A model generated the notes under the pieces. It saw only the letters and a list, made by a program, of their open reading frames with translations, was not told where the DNA came from and made no database searches. Below are positions 1-11,100 of a stretch of 64,000 bases of DNA, piece after piece; position 1 is the stretch's first letter, and each line of letters begins with the position of its first letter. The stretch is from an uncultured bacterium (GTDB lineage Bacteria; Omnitrophota; Omnitrophia; Omnitrophales; Aquincolibacteriaceae): NCBI GenBank assembly GCA_964385615.1, contig CAYLPP010000001.1:118687-182686 (forward strand). The letters are read 5' to 3'. The position numbers were made by a program, and so were the translations under genes.

Positions 1-1993
1 AAACACCCAGCATATTCTCGATAATCTCTTCAATCATTTCAAAAATATGCTCGCGGATTTTCTCACCCGCCAGAAGCAGGTCCCGCTCAGCGTAAATGAT
101 CTCACGCTGGCGGTTCATCACGTCATCATATTCAAGAAGATGTTTGCGGATTTCAAAGTTGCGGGTTTCCACGCGTTTCTGCGCGGTCTCAATCGCGCGC
201 GAAACCAGCGGGTGCTGAATTTCCTCGCCCTCTTCCATCCCCATCTTCTGCATCAGGCCCGAAATACGGTCGGAACCAAAAATGCGCATCAAATCATCTT
301 CAAGCGAAATGAAAAACTTGGAGGAACCCGGATCTCCCTGACGTCCGCTTCGTCCGCGCAGCTGGTTGTCGATACGGCGGGCCTCATGACGTTCCGTGCC
401 GATCACGGCCAGACCGCCTTTTTCAGCAACGCCGGCACCCAGGACAATGTCCGTACCGCGGCCGGCCATGTTCGTGGCGATCGTTACCGCACCTTCCTGG
501 CCCGCCATCGAGATAATCTCCGCTTCCTTCTCGTGGTATTTTGCGTTCAGCACGGTGTGGGGAAGATTCTGACGCTGAAGCATGGATGAAAGTCTTTCCG
601 ATTTTTCAATCGAAATAGTGCCGACAAGAACCGGTCTTCCCTTTTTATGCTCAGCCACAATCTCTTTGACCACAGCTTCGTATTTTTCTTTTACGGTCCG
701 GTAGATGCAATCCGCCTGGTCATTGCGCACGCAAACCCGGTTCGTGGGAACCACAACGACGCCTAACTTATAAATCTTATCGAATTCCACGGCTTCCGTC
801 GCCGCGGTGCCCGTCATGCCCGCGATTTTCTTGTACATACGGAAATAATTCTGAAACGTAATCGTCGCCAGAGTCTGGTTCTCACGTTCGATCTTGACGC
901 CTTCCTTGGCTTCCAACGCCTGGTGAAGACCGTCTGAAAACCGCCGGCCCGGCATCAATCGGCCGGTAAATTCATCCACGATCACAACCTTGCCGTCACG
1001 AATCACGTACTCCACATCCAGCTGATAAAATTCCTTGGCTCTCAAAGCCGTAATAATTTGATGCCGGGCGTCAATCGTGTCGGAATCATGCAGGTTGGCG
1101 ACGCCCATAGCCGCCGCGCCTTTCGTTTCACCGGATTCCGTCAGCATGATAGTGACCGCTTTTTCGTCAGCAATGTAATCGTATTCCTGCTTCATTTTTT
1201 CAATGTGGCTTTTCCAGGCAGGATCGTAATTTTCGCGTTCAATCTTGTAACCGTTCATGCTGATCACCGCGCGGGAAGCCCGGTAATATTTATCGGTGGA
1301 TTCTTCGGCCGGGCCTGAAATGATCAGCGGGGTACGGGCTTCATCAACTAAAATGGAATCCACCTCGTCGATGATGGCGTAATGAAGGGGGCGCTGAACG
1401 CGGTCTTCAAAGCTGGTCACCATGTTGTCGCGCAGATAATCGAAACCATATTCATTGTTGGTTCCAAAAGTGATATCAGCCGCGTAAGCCGCTCGGCGGT
1501 CTTCATTTTTCATATCATGCTGAATCACACCAACCGTCAGCCCCAGAAACTCATAAACCGGCCCCATCCAGTGCCGGTCACGGCGGGCCAGGTAATCGTT
1601 CACGGTCACCACATGCACGCCCTTACCTTCAAGCGCGTTCAGATAAACAGGCAGAGTTCCGACCAGGGTTTTACCTTCACCCGTGGACATTTCAGCGATC
1701 TTGCCCTGATGGAGCACAATACCGCCCAGAATCTGAACATCGAAATGGCGCATTTTTAAAATGCGCTTTCCCGTTTCACGAACCACCGCGTAAGCCTCGG
1801 GCAGAATCTGATCAAGAGTTTCCCCCGCCGCCAACCGCTGTTTGAATTCGGGCGTCTTAGCCTGAAGCTCAGCGTCGGAAAGCTTCTGAATCTTTTCTTC
1901 CAGCGCATTCACTTGATGAACCAAGGGGCACAAACGGGCCAGGTTGCGTTTGTTCTGAGTGCCGAAAACTTTTTCTAAGATAAATTGGATCAT
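1..1993 (-). CDS. secA: Preprotein translocase ATPase SecA, N-terminal ~664 aa (3' end lies beyond the left edge of the window)
   Basis: Reverse-strand translation from ATG at 1993 gives [21 protein letters not shown]...[22 protein letters not shown]...[12 protein letters not shown], the SecA N-terminus with its Walker A. The ORF is absent from the track because it is truncated by the window edge. The start ATG overlaps the prfB stop (ATGA). Confidence 0.9.
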   Translation of the reverse strand, partial: MIQFILEKVFGTQNKRNLARLCPLVHQVNALEEKIQKLSDAELQAKTPEFKQRLAAGETLDQILPEAYAVVRETGKRILKMRHFDVQILGGIVLHQGKIAEMSTGEGKTLVGTLPVYLNALEGKGVHVVTVNDYLARRDRHWMGPVYEFLGLTVGVIQHDMKNEDRRAAYAADITFGTNNEYGFDYLRDNMVTSFEDRVQRPLHYAIIDEVDSILVDEARTPLIISGPAEESTDKYYRASRAVISMNGYKIERENYDPAWKSHIEKMKQEYDYIADEKAVTIMLTESGETKGAAAMGVANLHDSDTIDARHQIITALRAKEFYQLDVEYVIRDGKVVIVDEFTGRLMPGRRFSDGLHQALEAKEGVKIERENQTLATITFQNYFRMYKKIAGMTGTAATEAVEFDKIYKLGVVVVPTNRVCVRNDQADCIYRTVKEKYEAVVKEIVAEHKKGRPVLVGTISIEKSERLSSMLQRQNLPHTVLNAKYHEKEAEIISMAGQEGAVTIATNMAGRGTDIVLGAGVAEKGGLAVIGTERHEARRIDNQLRGRSGRQGDPGSSKFFISLEDDLMRIFGSDRISGLMQKMGMEEGEEIQHPLVSRAIETAQKRVETRNFEIRKHLLEYDDVMNRQREIIYAERDLLLAGEKIREHIFEMIEEIIENMLGV

Positions 1994-3115
1994 GATCGGT
2001 CAGTGCTCACATTCTGTTTAAGATACTCGTGAATGAATTCATCCAGGTCTCCGTCCATGACGGCTTGAACATTGGAAGTTTCAACGTCCGTGCGGTGATC
2101 TTTAACCATGGAATAAGGATGAAACACGTAAGAGCGTATCTGGGAACCCCATTCGATTTTCTTTTTTTCGCCGTAATGCTCTTTCATTTCCTTTTCGCGT
2201 TCCTGCAAATAACGCTCGTAAAGCCGGGCTTTCAAGACTTTCATAGCGACTTCTTTATTCTGGTGCTGGGAACGCTCGTTCTGGCACTGCACCACAATCC
2301 CGGTCGCCAGATGCGTTAGACGCACGGCGCTGGAAGTCTTGTTCACATGCTGACCGCCCGCTCCGCCCGCCCGGTAAGTATCAATCCGGATATCACCTTC
2401 CTTAATCTCCACTTCAGGAACATCGTCAATTTCTGCTACTACGTCGACGGAGGCAAAAGAGGTGTGCCGGCGTTTATTGGCGTCAAACGGCGAGATGCGA
2501 ACCAGCCTGTGAACGCCGTTCTCAGCTTTCAGATAGCCGTAAGCGTAAGGCCCTTCAACCATCAGCGTCGCGCCTTTAATTCCCGCTTCTTCGCCCGCCT
2601 GCATATCCACCACCTGAACCTTGTAGCCTTTTTTTTCCATCCAGCGGGTATACATACGGAAAAGCATACTGGCCCAATCGCAGGATTCCGTGCCGCCCGC
2701 GCCCGCGTTCACACTGAAGAACGCGTTATTGGCATCAAAACGGCCGGATAAAAGACGCTGGAACTCGATCTGCCCGACTTCACGCTCAAGAGCGGCCACT
2801 TCAGCCTGCATTTCCCTGACGGAGTCTTCCTGGGCTTCATCCAGAATCGTAAGGAGTTCTTCGAGGTCGCGGGAAGTTTTGTCGGCTTTCTGCCAGGGCT
2901 CCACGATTTTTTTAACGGACTTGAGCCGTTCAATCGTTTCCTGGGATTCCTGGGGACGGTCCCAGAAGCCTTCAGCCGCCATTTTTTCGTTCAGGGCTTC
3001 GATTTCTTTTTCGCGGGAATCGAGGTCAAAGATACCCCCTGATCTCGCGCAGCTTTTCTCTGAGATCGTGTATCTTTTCAGTCAGTTGTTGAATTTCTTC
3101 TTTCATGGCCTGCAT
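1990..3115 (-). CDS. prfB: Peptide chain release factor 2, translated from two frames through a programmed +1 frameshift (frame 0 3115..~3026, frame +1 ~3027..1990)
   Basis: The 330-aa ORF carries the RF2 motifs (SPF, GGQ: [21 protein letters not shown]). Upstream in another frame, ATG 3115 encodes [29 protein letters not shown] followed by TGA inside CTT TGA C, which continues as [12 protein letters not shown]...MAAEGFWD. Confidence 0.9.
3025..3040 (-). other. RF2 programmed +1 frameshift cassette: SD-like AGGGGG, 3-nt spacer, CUU UGA C
   Basis: Minus-strand sequence ...AGGGGGTATCTTTGACCTC...; the plus strand reads gtcaaag at 3025-3031 and ccccct at 3035-3040. This is the classical RF2 autoregulatory frameshift architecture. 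Confidence 0.85.
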
Positions 3116-3190
3116 TTCCGTTTGTAAACCCCGGTAATTGAAGGCGTTAGTGTATCAAGATTCCCCGCCCTTTTCAACACCGCAAGCCGG

Positions 3191-4639
3191 CTACACGGAG
3201 TGGAAGTGGTTCCAGATTTGAGAAGCGGCGGCAGCGCCAATCCCCGGCAGGCCGGCCAGCTGTTCAAGGCCCGTGCGCTTCAATTCTTCAAGCGAGGCAA
3301 ACTGCTCCAGAAGAATACGCTTACGCTTCTCACCGATGCCCGAAATCGCGTCCAACTCGGAGCGTTCCAAGCCTTTTTCCTTCAGCATCCGGTGATACGT
3401 AATAGCAAAGCGGTGGGCTTCGTCGCGGACTTTCTGCAGAAGATGGAGTGAAGGCGCGGTTTTATCGATCTCGAGATCTACGGGCTTGCGCTCTCCGTTC
3501 ACGTCCTGAATCCGGTAAATGGTTTCAAAACGCTTGGCGATCGAAATTAAGCAGGTGGTTTCAAAACCTTCCCGGCGAATCACTTCATCCGCCGCGTTCA
3601 AATGCCCCTTACCGCCGTCAATCATAATGACATCAGGAATAAATGTTTCCCGTCCTTCTTTCAGCCCGGAAAGCATCCGGCCCAAAGCTTCCTGAATCAT
3701 AGCGTAATCGTTGATGCCTTCCACCGTTTTAATCTTATAACGCCGGTAATTAATTTTATCGGGAAGCTCCCGGTAAAAACTGACGCGTGAAGCCACGGCC
3801 TCATCCCCCTGAATGTTTGAAACGTCAAAGCACACGATTTTTTCAGGCAGAGATTCCAATTTCAGAATTTTCTTCAGCTCCAGTGTCGCCGCCAGCCCGA
3901 TTCCGCTTTCCGGATTTTTCAGTGAAAACCGTTTTTTCTTCAATTCCGAAAGCGCTTCGATCTGCTCTTTAAAAAACTGCGCGTCTTCAAAACGCAGGGC
4001 CGAGGCCGCCTCATTCATTCTTTCAGAAAGGTATTGAATCAGTGTTTTCTTTCCTCCCCCAAGAAATCCGCGGACTTCATCAATAATCCGGTCATACTCA
4101 CCTTTAACTTCCGGCTTGATGCACGGCGCTAGGCACTGGCCGATGTGGTAATACAGACAGGCCGTTTTGGGAAGTTTGACGCATTTGCGGAAAGGAAACA
4201 GATTGTTGATCAGCGCGACGGCATGGCGAAGCAGTTTGGCGTCCGTGTAAGGGCCGTAGTACGCGGCTTTTTTGTCAGACTTGTTACGCGTAATATGAAT
4301 GCGCGGAAATTTTTCGTTTGTAATTTTGAGGAGCGGATAGGTTTTATCGTCTTTCAGCTCTTTGTTGTAGCGCGGAAGGTATTGTTTGATCAACTGCGAT
4401 TCAAGCAAAAGAGCGTCCACCTCGCTGGAAGTTTCAATGTAATCAATATCCGCGATACGAGCGACCAGGGCCGTAATTTTCGGGAGCTGGGCTTTGTTGA
4501 CAAAATAGGAACTCACCCGTTTGCGCAGGGACCGCGCTTTCCCGATGTAGATAATTTCGCCATCGGCATTCTTCATGAAATAAACGCCGGGCGAGAACGG
4601 AAGTTTAGAAACAGTTTCTTTAACCGGATGAGCCGGCAT
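3191..4639 (-). CDS. uvrC: Excinuclease ABC subunit C (short form, 482 aa)
   Basis: N-terminal GIY-YIG motifs (PGVYFMKNADGEIIYIGKARSLRKRVSSYF), a UvrBC-interaction region and a C-terminal HhH (GLPGIGAAAASQIW). Confidence 0.8.
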   Translation of the reverse strand: MPAHPVKETVSKLPFSPGVYFMKNADGEIIYIGKARSLRKRVSSYFVNKAQLPKITALVARIADIDYIETSSEVDALLLESQLIKQYLPRYNKELKDDKTYPLLKITNEKFPRIHITRNKSDKKAAYYGPYTDAKLLRHAVALINNLFPFRKCVKLPKTACLYYHIGQCLAPCIKPEVKGEYDRIIDEVRGFLGGGKKTLIQYLSERMNEAASALRFEDAQFFKEQIEALSELKKKRFSLKNPESGIGLAATLELKKILKLESLPEKIVCFDVSNIQGDEAVASRVSFYRELPDKINYRRYKIKTVEGINDYAMIQEALGRMLSGLKEGRETFIPDVIMIDGGKGHLNAADEVIRREGFETTCLISIAKRFETIYRIQDVNGERKPVDLEIDKTAPSLHLLQKVRDEAHRFAITYHRMLKEKGLERSELDAISGIGEKRKRILLEQFASLEELKRTGLEQLAGLPGIGAAAASQIWNHFHSV

Positions 4640-4640
4640 A

Positions 4641-6200
4641 TCAGCCTGCTGAAGGAGTCCGTTTTTTACGGTTTTTAATGTATGCCAGCGCTTCGCTCAT
4701 TTCGTGAACGCGGAAAATAAAACAAAACGCGAAATATGCCGCCACCGATACGGCCATAGAGCCGAACACATGAATCATAAGTTCATGCGTGTGGTTTCCG
4801 GGAATCAGGCGCTGGAGCACTGCCAGAGAGCCCCACGCAACCGCCCCCATCGCCAGAGAAGCCATTAGAACTTTTGAGATCGCCCGGTTAATTTCCTTCA
4901 TCGGAAGGTCCGAAACCTGCCTCCGGTAAAAATACACCAGTAAAACGAATTCCGCGACGGACGCAAGCGATGTCGCCAGAGCCAGCCCCGATTCTTTCAT
5001 GGGCTTAATCAGAAGAATATTGAAGAAAATATTCAGAATCAGTGAAGCCGCGCCCATGCGCACAGGGGTGCGCGTATCCTGAGCGGCGAAAAATCCGGCC
5101 GCGACCAATTTCTCCGCCGCGAAAGCGTAGAGCCCGATCGAGTAAAAAAGGAGCACTGAAGCGGTGCGCGCGGTTGAAACCGCGTCAAACTCTCCACGCT
5201 CAAAAAGCATCGCGATAATCGGCGTACGCAAGGCGATCAACCCGACCATGCAGGGCAGAAGAATCAGCGCCATGCTTCGCAAAGCGAAAGAGAGGGTTTT
5301 TTTGGACTCCTCAATTTCTTTGCGGGCTACCTGATGTGAAAGTGCCGGTAAAAGAGCGGTTCCCATCGCGATTCCAAAAACGCCAAGCGGGAACTGCATG
5401 AGGCGTGTGCCGTACCACAAGCTCGAGTTGGCGCCGGGGCCGGCAAAATACGCGCAGATCATGTCGACCAGCATATTCAGCTGAACGATAGCAAATCCCA
5501 GAATGGCCGGGATCAGCATACGCCCTGTTTTTTTCAGGCCTTCATGCGCGAAATCCCAGATAATCCGGAACCGGAAACCCATTTTATAAAGCGGAGGAAT
5601 ATCCACCGCGAACTGGAGCGCGCCGGAAACCAAAAGGATAAAAGCCAGCCACCTAAGCTGAATGTGAGGAATCTGGCTGGCATGAGGCACAATCCAAACC
5701 ACGCCGGCGATCCAGGCCAAATCAAGAATAATAGGGCCCAGCGCGGGGGTAAAAAAATGTTTATGGCAATTTAAAATCCCCATCGCCAAAGCGAAAAGCG
5801 AAATAAAGAAAAGATAGGGGAAGAAAATTCTCAGCAGATCAACGGTTAGATGAAGCCGGGCATCAAGAAAATCGGCTTTCCATAAAAAGTGGAGCACCAC
5901 TTCCACGGCCAAAAGAAAAACCACTAAGCCGGAAGCCAGCAGAGTGCTCAGCACGTTCGCGAAGCGGAAAGCCGCTTCTTTGCCATGCTTCTGCAGGGTT
6001 TCGCTGTAGACCGGAATAAACGCGCTTGAAAGGGACCCTTCCCCCACCAGACGGCGGAAGAAGTTGGGGAGCATGAAAGCATAAAGGAAGGCATCCCATT
6101 GCCAGCTGGTGCCGAATCGGCCGGCCGTAAAAATATCACGGGTCATGCCTAAAACCCGGCTGATCAAGGTCATAAAACCGACCACACCCGCCGCCTTCAC
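4641..6200 (-). CDS. murJ: Lipid II flippase MurJ/MviN; start uncertain (GTG 6200 or ATG 6173)
   Basis: 14-TM protein containing MTLISRVLGMTRDIFTAGRFGTSWQWDAFLYAFMLPNFFRRLVGEGSLSSAFIPVY, which matches the MurJ N-terminal consensus. The track ORF extends to 6341, but that start would overlap the divergent rpsT start. Confidence 0.8.
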   Translation of the reverse strand: MKAAGVVGFMTLISRVLGMTRDIFTAGRFGTSWQWDAFLYAFMLPNFFRRLVGEGSLSSAFIPVYSETLQKHGKEAAFRFANVLSTLLASGLVVFLLAVEVVLHFLWKADFLDARLHLTVDLLRIFFPYLFFISLFALAMGILNCHKHFFTPALGPIILDLAWIAGVVWIVPHASQIPHIQLRWLAFILLVSGALQFAVDIPPLYKMGFRFRIIWDFAHEGLKKTGRMLIPAILGFAIVQLNMLVDMICAYFAGPGANSSLWYGTRLMQFPLGVFGIAMGTALLPALSHQVARKEIEESKKTLSFALRSMALILLPCMVGLIALRTPIIAMLFERGEFDAVSTARTASVLLFYSIGLYAFAAEKLVAAGFFAAQDTRTPVRMGAASLILNIFFNILLIKPMKESGLALATSLASVAEFVLLVYFYRRQVSDLPMKEINRAISKVLMASLAMGAVAWGSLAVLQRLIPGNHTHELMIHVFGSMAVSVAAYFAFCFIFRVHEMSEALAYIKNRKKRTPSAG

Positions 6201-6333
6201 TAACTGCTTTTTAGAGGAGTGGGGATGCTCAGAGCCCCCTTCCACCGCGGGTACGGCGGGAGCTTCCTGATTGACAGCCTGACCCGCCTGTGCTACATTG
6301 TCCGAACTTTTACCAAAGAAAGAGGAATTTTTC

Positions 6334-6597
6334 ATGCCCAATATTCAATCTGCAATGAAGCGCATGCGAAGCGATGCCAAGAAACGCGCGCGCAATCAAG
6401 CTGCTATTTCCGAGCTGAAGACTTTGTCCAAAAAGCTTGCGTCAGCGACTGAAGCTTCGAAGGCAAAAGAAATCGCCCAGAGTCTTGTTTCCCGTTATGA
6501 CCGGGCTGTTTCACGCGGCATTATCCCCAAGGGACGTGCTGCCCGCCGTAAATCCCGCATTGCCCAGTTCGTTGCGAAGTTTTCCAAGAAAAAATAA
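6334..6597 (+). CDS. rpsT: 30S ribosomal protein S20
   Basis: MPNIQSAMKRMRSDAKKRARNQAAISELKT... is a typical S20. AAGAGGAA Shine-Dalgarno lies 7 nt upstream of ATG 6334. The track ORF starting at 6298 is an upstream in-frame extension. Confidence 0.9.
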   Translation: MPNIQSAMKRMRSDAKKRARNQAAISELKTLSKKLASATEASKAKEIAQSLVSRYDRAVSRGIIPKGRAARRKSRIAQFVAKFSKKK

Positions 6598-6614
6598 TTT
6601 CTGATTTTCTCAAA

Positions 6615-6645
6615 GGCGGGCCCAAAAGCCCGCCTTTCTTTTTTT
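6615..6645 (+). terminator. Rho-independent terminator (GGCGGGC-ccaaaa-GCCCGCC followed by TTTCTTTTTTT), shared by the convergent rpsT and holA
   Basis: Perfect 7-bp GC stem at 6615-6621/6628-6634, 6-nt loop, and a T-run at 6635-6645 directly after the rpsT stop. holA ends at 6644 on the other strand. Confidence 0.65.
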
Positions 6646-7627
6646 ACCTGACCGCTCTGCTTGCGGATCCGGTAAATTCCATGATCCACATCTCCAACCC
6701 TAAATCGCCTTCTCCCCGGCCTGACTTTAATTTCCAGTCAATCTGAAACAGCCCTTCAAGCGCCTTTTCCAGTTTTGTTCTGGAAAACTGCCGGACCTGC
6801 CTGAGAAAGAAAGGCGCTTGCTTAGAGTAAACTTTACACCTGCGGAGGACTTCACTTTCCGCGAGACCGTCATCAAACAGCACTTTAGCCTGCCACAGCC
6901 TGCGGACCTGCCAATGCAGAAAACCGATCAGCGGAATCAGCTCTTTTTCGTCTTCTCCCAAAAGTTTCTTTAAAACAGTCAGAGCCTGACCTCCGCGCCC
7001 TGAAAAGAGCGCGTTCGGAAGCTGGAAAATATCCGTTTCTTCCAGATTCTCATTGAAAGTCTCAACCATGTCCTCATTGATTTCAGAATTTTCACCCGCG
7101 TAAAGAATCAGTTTTTCAAGAATAGAGTCAAGGAAGCTCGGAGAAGATTCACCCATTTCTTCAAGCCTGGCAAGAGCGCCTGGCGTCAAAACCTTTCCTC
7201 CGGTTTTAACTTTTTGCCGGATAAAAGCGGAACCGGGTCCGCCCGCGGTATTTTTGGGGGTCTCCAGAAATTCGGCCGTTCCTGCGCGCGCAATCAGCTT
7301 GGCTAAAGCGCTGTCTTTCGCGATCGCCGGTGACTCAAAGAAAAGAAGGGTGCTTTCAAACGGCTTTTCCAGATAACGCTCGAGAGCCTCAACTTCTTTC
7401 AGCTTTTCAGCCTCTTTTAACCGGAATATCTGAAACGCTGCTAAAAAAGGAAGGCTTCGAGCCTGGGCGAGAACGGAATCAATGCTCGAATCCCCGAGAT
7501 AAAAAGTCTGGATGGAAAGGCCGGGATGGATTTGCTTGAGTTTTAAAACCTGGTCATTCCAGCGCGTATCGGCCAGAAAGGGTTCCCCAACAACGAGCAG
7601 AGCAGAAGGCTCTGTGCTCACGCTCAC
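6644..7627 (-). CDS. holA: DNA polymerase III delta subunit
   Basis: 327-aa protein with the delta-subunit layout (N-terminal LLVVGEPFL, C-terminal helical domain). It sits immediately downstream of lptE, as in the proteobacterial leuS-lptE-holA operon. Confidence 0.7.
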   Translation of the reverse strand: MSVSTEPSALLVVGEPFLADTRWNDQVLKLKQIHPGLSIQTFYLGDSSIDSVLAQARSLPFLAAFQIFRLKEAEKLKEVEALERYLEKPFESTLLFFESPAIAKDSALAKLIARAGTAEFLETPKNTAGGPGSAFIRQKVKTGGKVLTPGALARLEEMGESSPSFLDSILEKLILYAGENSEINEDMVETFNENLEETDIFQLPNALFSGRGGQALTVLKKLLGEDEKELIPLIGFLHWQVRRLWQAKVLFDDGLAESEVLRRCKVYSKQAPFFLRQVRQFSRTKLEKALEGLFQIDWKLKSGRGEGDLGLEMWIMEFTGSASRAVR

Positions 7628-8163
7628 CAGTCTTCGACGATGCGGTCAACGACGTTTCGGGCCAAACGCTCAGCCGCGCGGTTAGAAGCTTCTTCACGGC
7701 CAATGGACCGGACATCGCTGACAAAGTAATCCGCGTCACCGGAAAATTCTTTTTCTTCAAAGATAATCTTGTCGGTTTTGGCATTCACAAGCCGGAAGTC
7801 CACTCTCATCAAAAGCCGGTATTCCTCAACCGTCTCCAGGCTGTTAAAGCGGAGCCCTTCCTGAGCATAACTGACAAGGTCCGTTTCAAGAACCGCGTCC
7901 GCTTCTTCGGGGCTGCCCACGACTTCAAGATTGCCGTCCTGTTTAAACCTTTTCACCAGGGAATTGGAAATCAAAATTTCCAAACCAGGCTGGTACGTGT
8001 ACACCTGATCAATAGGAATTTTGTTTTGGGTCGTCGCCACATAAATCGTTTTGATTCCGGCAGGCATGGCCGCTTCACGGGTATACCCGCATCCGGTCAG
8101 GGCTGAAACGGCTGTCAGGAAAAGCGTCAGAAAGAGACTTGCTTGATTTTTGTTTGTTCTCAC
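7624..8163 (-). CDS. lptE: LPS-assembly lipoprotein LptE (RlpB)
   Basis: Lipobox LTGC, about 180 aa, an internal YRLLMRVDFRLV segment and a C-terminal AAERLARNVVDRI resembling E. coli LptE. Conserved position upstream of holA. Overlaps neighbours on both sides by 4 nt. Confidence 0.65.
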   Translation of the reverse strand: MRTNKNQASLFLTLFLTAVSALTGCGYTREAAMPAGIKTIYVATTQNKIPIDQVYTYQPGLEILISNSLVKRFKQDGNLEVVGSPEEADAVLETDLVSYAQEGLRFNSLETVEEYRLLMRVDFRLVNAKTDKIIFEEKEFSGDADYFVSDVRSIGREEASNRAAERLARNVVDRIVEDW

Positions 8164-11100
8164 GACTTGGCAGCTCCGCCGGTTACCTGAAAACGTTCCA
8201 GTTCTTTAGTTAAAAAATCCTTACGAGATTCAATTTGAGAAAGCCGCGATTCCATCCGCTCACGCTCCGTAAGGAGATCCTGTGAAAGGACTTTAGACTT
8301 AAGGTGCTTCATCACGTCATCGATTTTCTGAATCCGTTTTTCAAGAATTGAGGACTCTTCCGTTTCAAGACTCTTCTCTTTTTCAATCAGTTCCTTAAGA
8401 GCTCCTTCAATCTCATCCAGTTCTTTCCGGAATTTCTTTTCTTCTTTCGTTGAAGCTTTCTGAACTTTTTCCTGAACACGGCTCTCAGTTTCGCTTTTCT
8501 TCCGAACCTCAGCGACACGATCCTCAAGAGCCGCTTTTTCCCGTTCGTAAACTTTCCGCTGAGTTTTCAGTTTTTCCTGAAGCATTTCGATTTCATTCCG
8601 CATCTTACCTTGATCTCCGGAAATCACCGCAGGAGCAGGTTTGACTTCAGCTTTAGGCGCCGTCGCCGCAGTTTCCGGTACATTTCGGATCTGCTTTTCA
8701 AGCTGAACAGCTTCGGCTTTCATGGACTCCAGCTTGGCAGTCTCTTCATTCAAGCGGTTGATCAGTAAATCCTCACGGCCCTTCTTTGGAACAAGGCGCT
8801 TGGCGCTCTGAATCGCTTCATCAATAAAAAGGTAAGGAACTTTCACGAAAGCCGGCCGGAATTTATAACCGCCCATCAAGGAAGCTTTGGCGCGCAAAAT
8901 ATCGAGTTCCTTTTGCTTGTTCACCAGCTCACGGCTCTTGGCTTCAATCAAAAGACTTTCCAACTCCACTTTCTTGCGAAGTTCGGCAATTTGAGCCGAC
9001 TCAGGACTGTTGCCTGAATCTCTGGAAGCCTCTTCGGAAATTTCAACATCCTGCTGGGGAAGCCCGAAAACAAACGCTTTTCCGAGTTTGGCAATCCCAA
9101 TCACCGGAGACGCCACCATGTTTCCAGTCCGGACAACAGGGCTCTTTTGAGTTTCCTTACTTTTCAGTAAACTTTCCATTTCATCAAGCATCTTAGACTT
9201 GGCTTTATGCCGATCCTGAATTTCCTGATAATCAGCACGGATATCTTTTTCAAGGGCCTTCAGCTCTTTGCGGACCTTGACAATTTCTTCCTGAGTCGGA
9301 TCCCCCTCTTTTCCCCTCAGGCCGGCAAGCAGACGGCGCTGTTCCTGGAGAGCTAACTGAGCATTAAAGGCCTCACTGAGCGTTTGGACGATGCTCTGTT
9401 CAGCCGCAATTTTTTCCTTCAAATGCATGTGCTGTTCCAGAAGCCGTTGACGGTCATCGGAAGGCGCCGATTTCTTATCGCCAAACGGATTCATAAAATC
9501 CAAAGACTTGTCGAGCCCCTTGCCCAGAGCGTCAACCCCGCTGGAAAGCCAGCTTTCTTTACCGAAATTCTTTTCGTAATCGCGGACTTTCTGCTCGAGG
9601 TCTTTATCAATGGATTCGATTTCACCCCGGACATTTTCAACTTTTTCTTTCTGCCCGGAAAGAGCCCCGTCCTGCGCAGCCATTTTTTCAAGCTCGCCGT
9701 CCGCGGAAGCCGTGGAACCGCCGTAACGGCCCAAAAGCGAATGAACTTCCTGATGGTGTTTATAGAGAAGCTCTTTTTCTTCAAGTAGAGATTTTTTCTC
9801 TTCGGAAAGTTTATAAAGTTTTTTAGCTTCAATCCCGCGGACTTTTTCAAGAGGCGTCGGACCTTCGCCCACAAAAGGAAGGAAATCCATTTTTCTTTCA
9901 GGAACACCCAGCTCCTGACTCCATTCCTTGATCTGACTTTTCTCTTTATCCAAATCGTCCTGCTCAGCAGCCAAAGATGCCTGCCAGCGGTCAATGGCGC
10001 GCTTCAAATCCTCTGAAGGATTTTTCTTCAGAAGTTTTCTCTTCTCATCAAGATTCTTGAATTTTTCTTTCAGCTCACGCTGACGGCGGGCCAAATCGTC
10101 ACGGCGCCGGCCCATGCTCTCTTTTTTACTTTTAGAAAGAGATTTGTGGTGCTGTTCAACACGTTCCAGCTTGCGCTCCAGACGTTCCTTTTCTTCTTTA
10201 TCCTGATCTCCGGCCGATTTCATTTGAGCCCTGAGAGAGGCCTCTTCATCCTGGAGTTCTTTCTCCTGACTATTGAGATAATCCGCCGGAGCTTTGAGAG
10301 ACTTGAGTTTCTCTCCGGCTTTTTTGCCCCATATCGTATGAGGATAACGCTTGCTGACATCCCCGTAGTAAATCAAAGCGCTATCAAGATAATTGGTCTT
10401 TTCGTAATAAGCCCCGACACGGTAATTTTTCTCGGCATTCTTCTCATCAATGGCCTGCCTGAGTTTCGCGGCCTCTTCACTGGCTTCAGACCCGGCATCT
10501 TCTTCTGAATACCGCGTCAGGAAACTATCCACCTGTTTGGAAGCGTCATCCAAAGCCCGCTGATCACGAAACTCCGCGGCCGACCGCTGGTAGGAAGTTT
10601 CTGCCAGCTGATACCGGGCCTGCTGGACAAGACTGCTTTGCGGATGCTGATCCAGCACGTCCTGAAAAGCTTCCACGGCTTTCTTGAATTGCCCCATTTT
10701 TTTATAGGTTAACCCCAGCTGAAACCCCGCCTTGTCGCCAAAGTCGCTATAAGGCGCGTTTTTCACGATATGTTCAAATACCGCGGCCGCCCGCGGAAGC
10801 GCGGGAAGAATTTCGAGCCCGGAAAATTTCGCTTTCTTACCGGAGAAGAAAAGATTACCGATGCGGAATTCACGCTCAACAACTTCATTAAACCGCTCGG
10901 AAGAAGGATAGGATTCAATCAATTTTTTATACTGCTTGAAGGCTTTAAGGTAATCGCCCTGCTCTTCGGCGATAACGCCAAGGCGGTAAAGCGCTTCGGG
11001 AGCAATTTTAGCGTTGGGGGTTTTTTTGAGAATCTCTTTAATTTTATCTTCAGCTTCTTTGAGATTCTTATCTTTATAGAGTTTCATCGCGCGGTTGTAC

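Noticed and set aside
6201-6341. Track ORF extends MurJ 47 codons upstream (TTG/ATG at 6341/6335)
   Set aside because: That start would overlap the divergent rpsT start codon (the CATG at 6333-6336 is shared by both strands), leaving no promoter space. The MurJ consensus N-terminus begins near GTG 6200 / ATG 6173.
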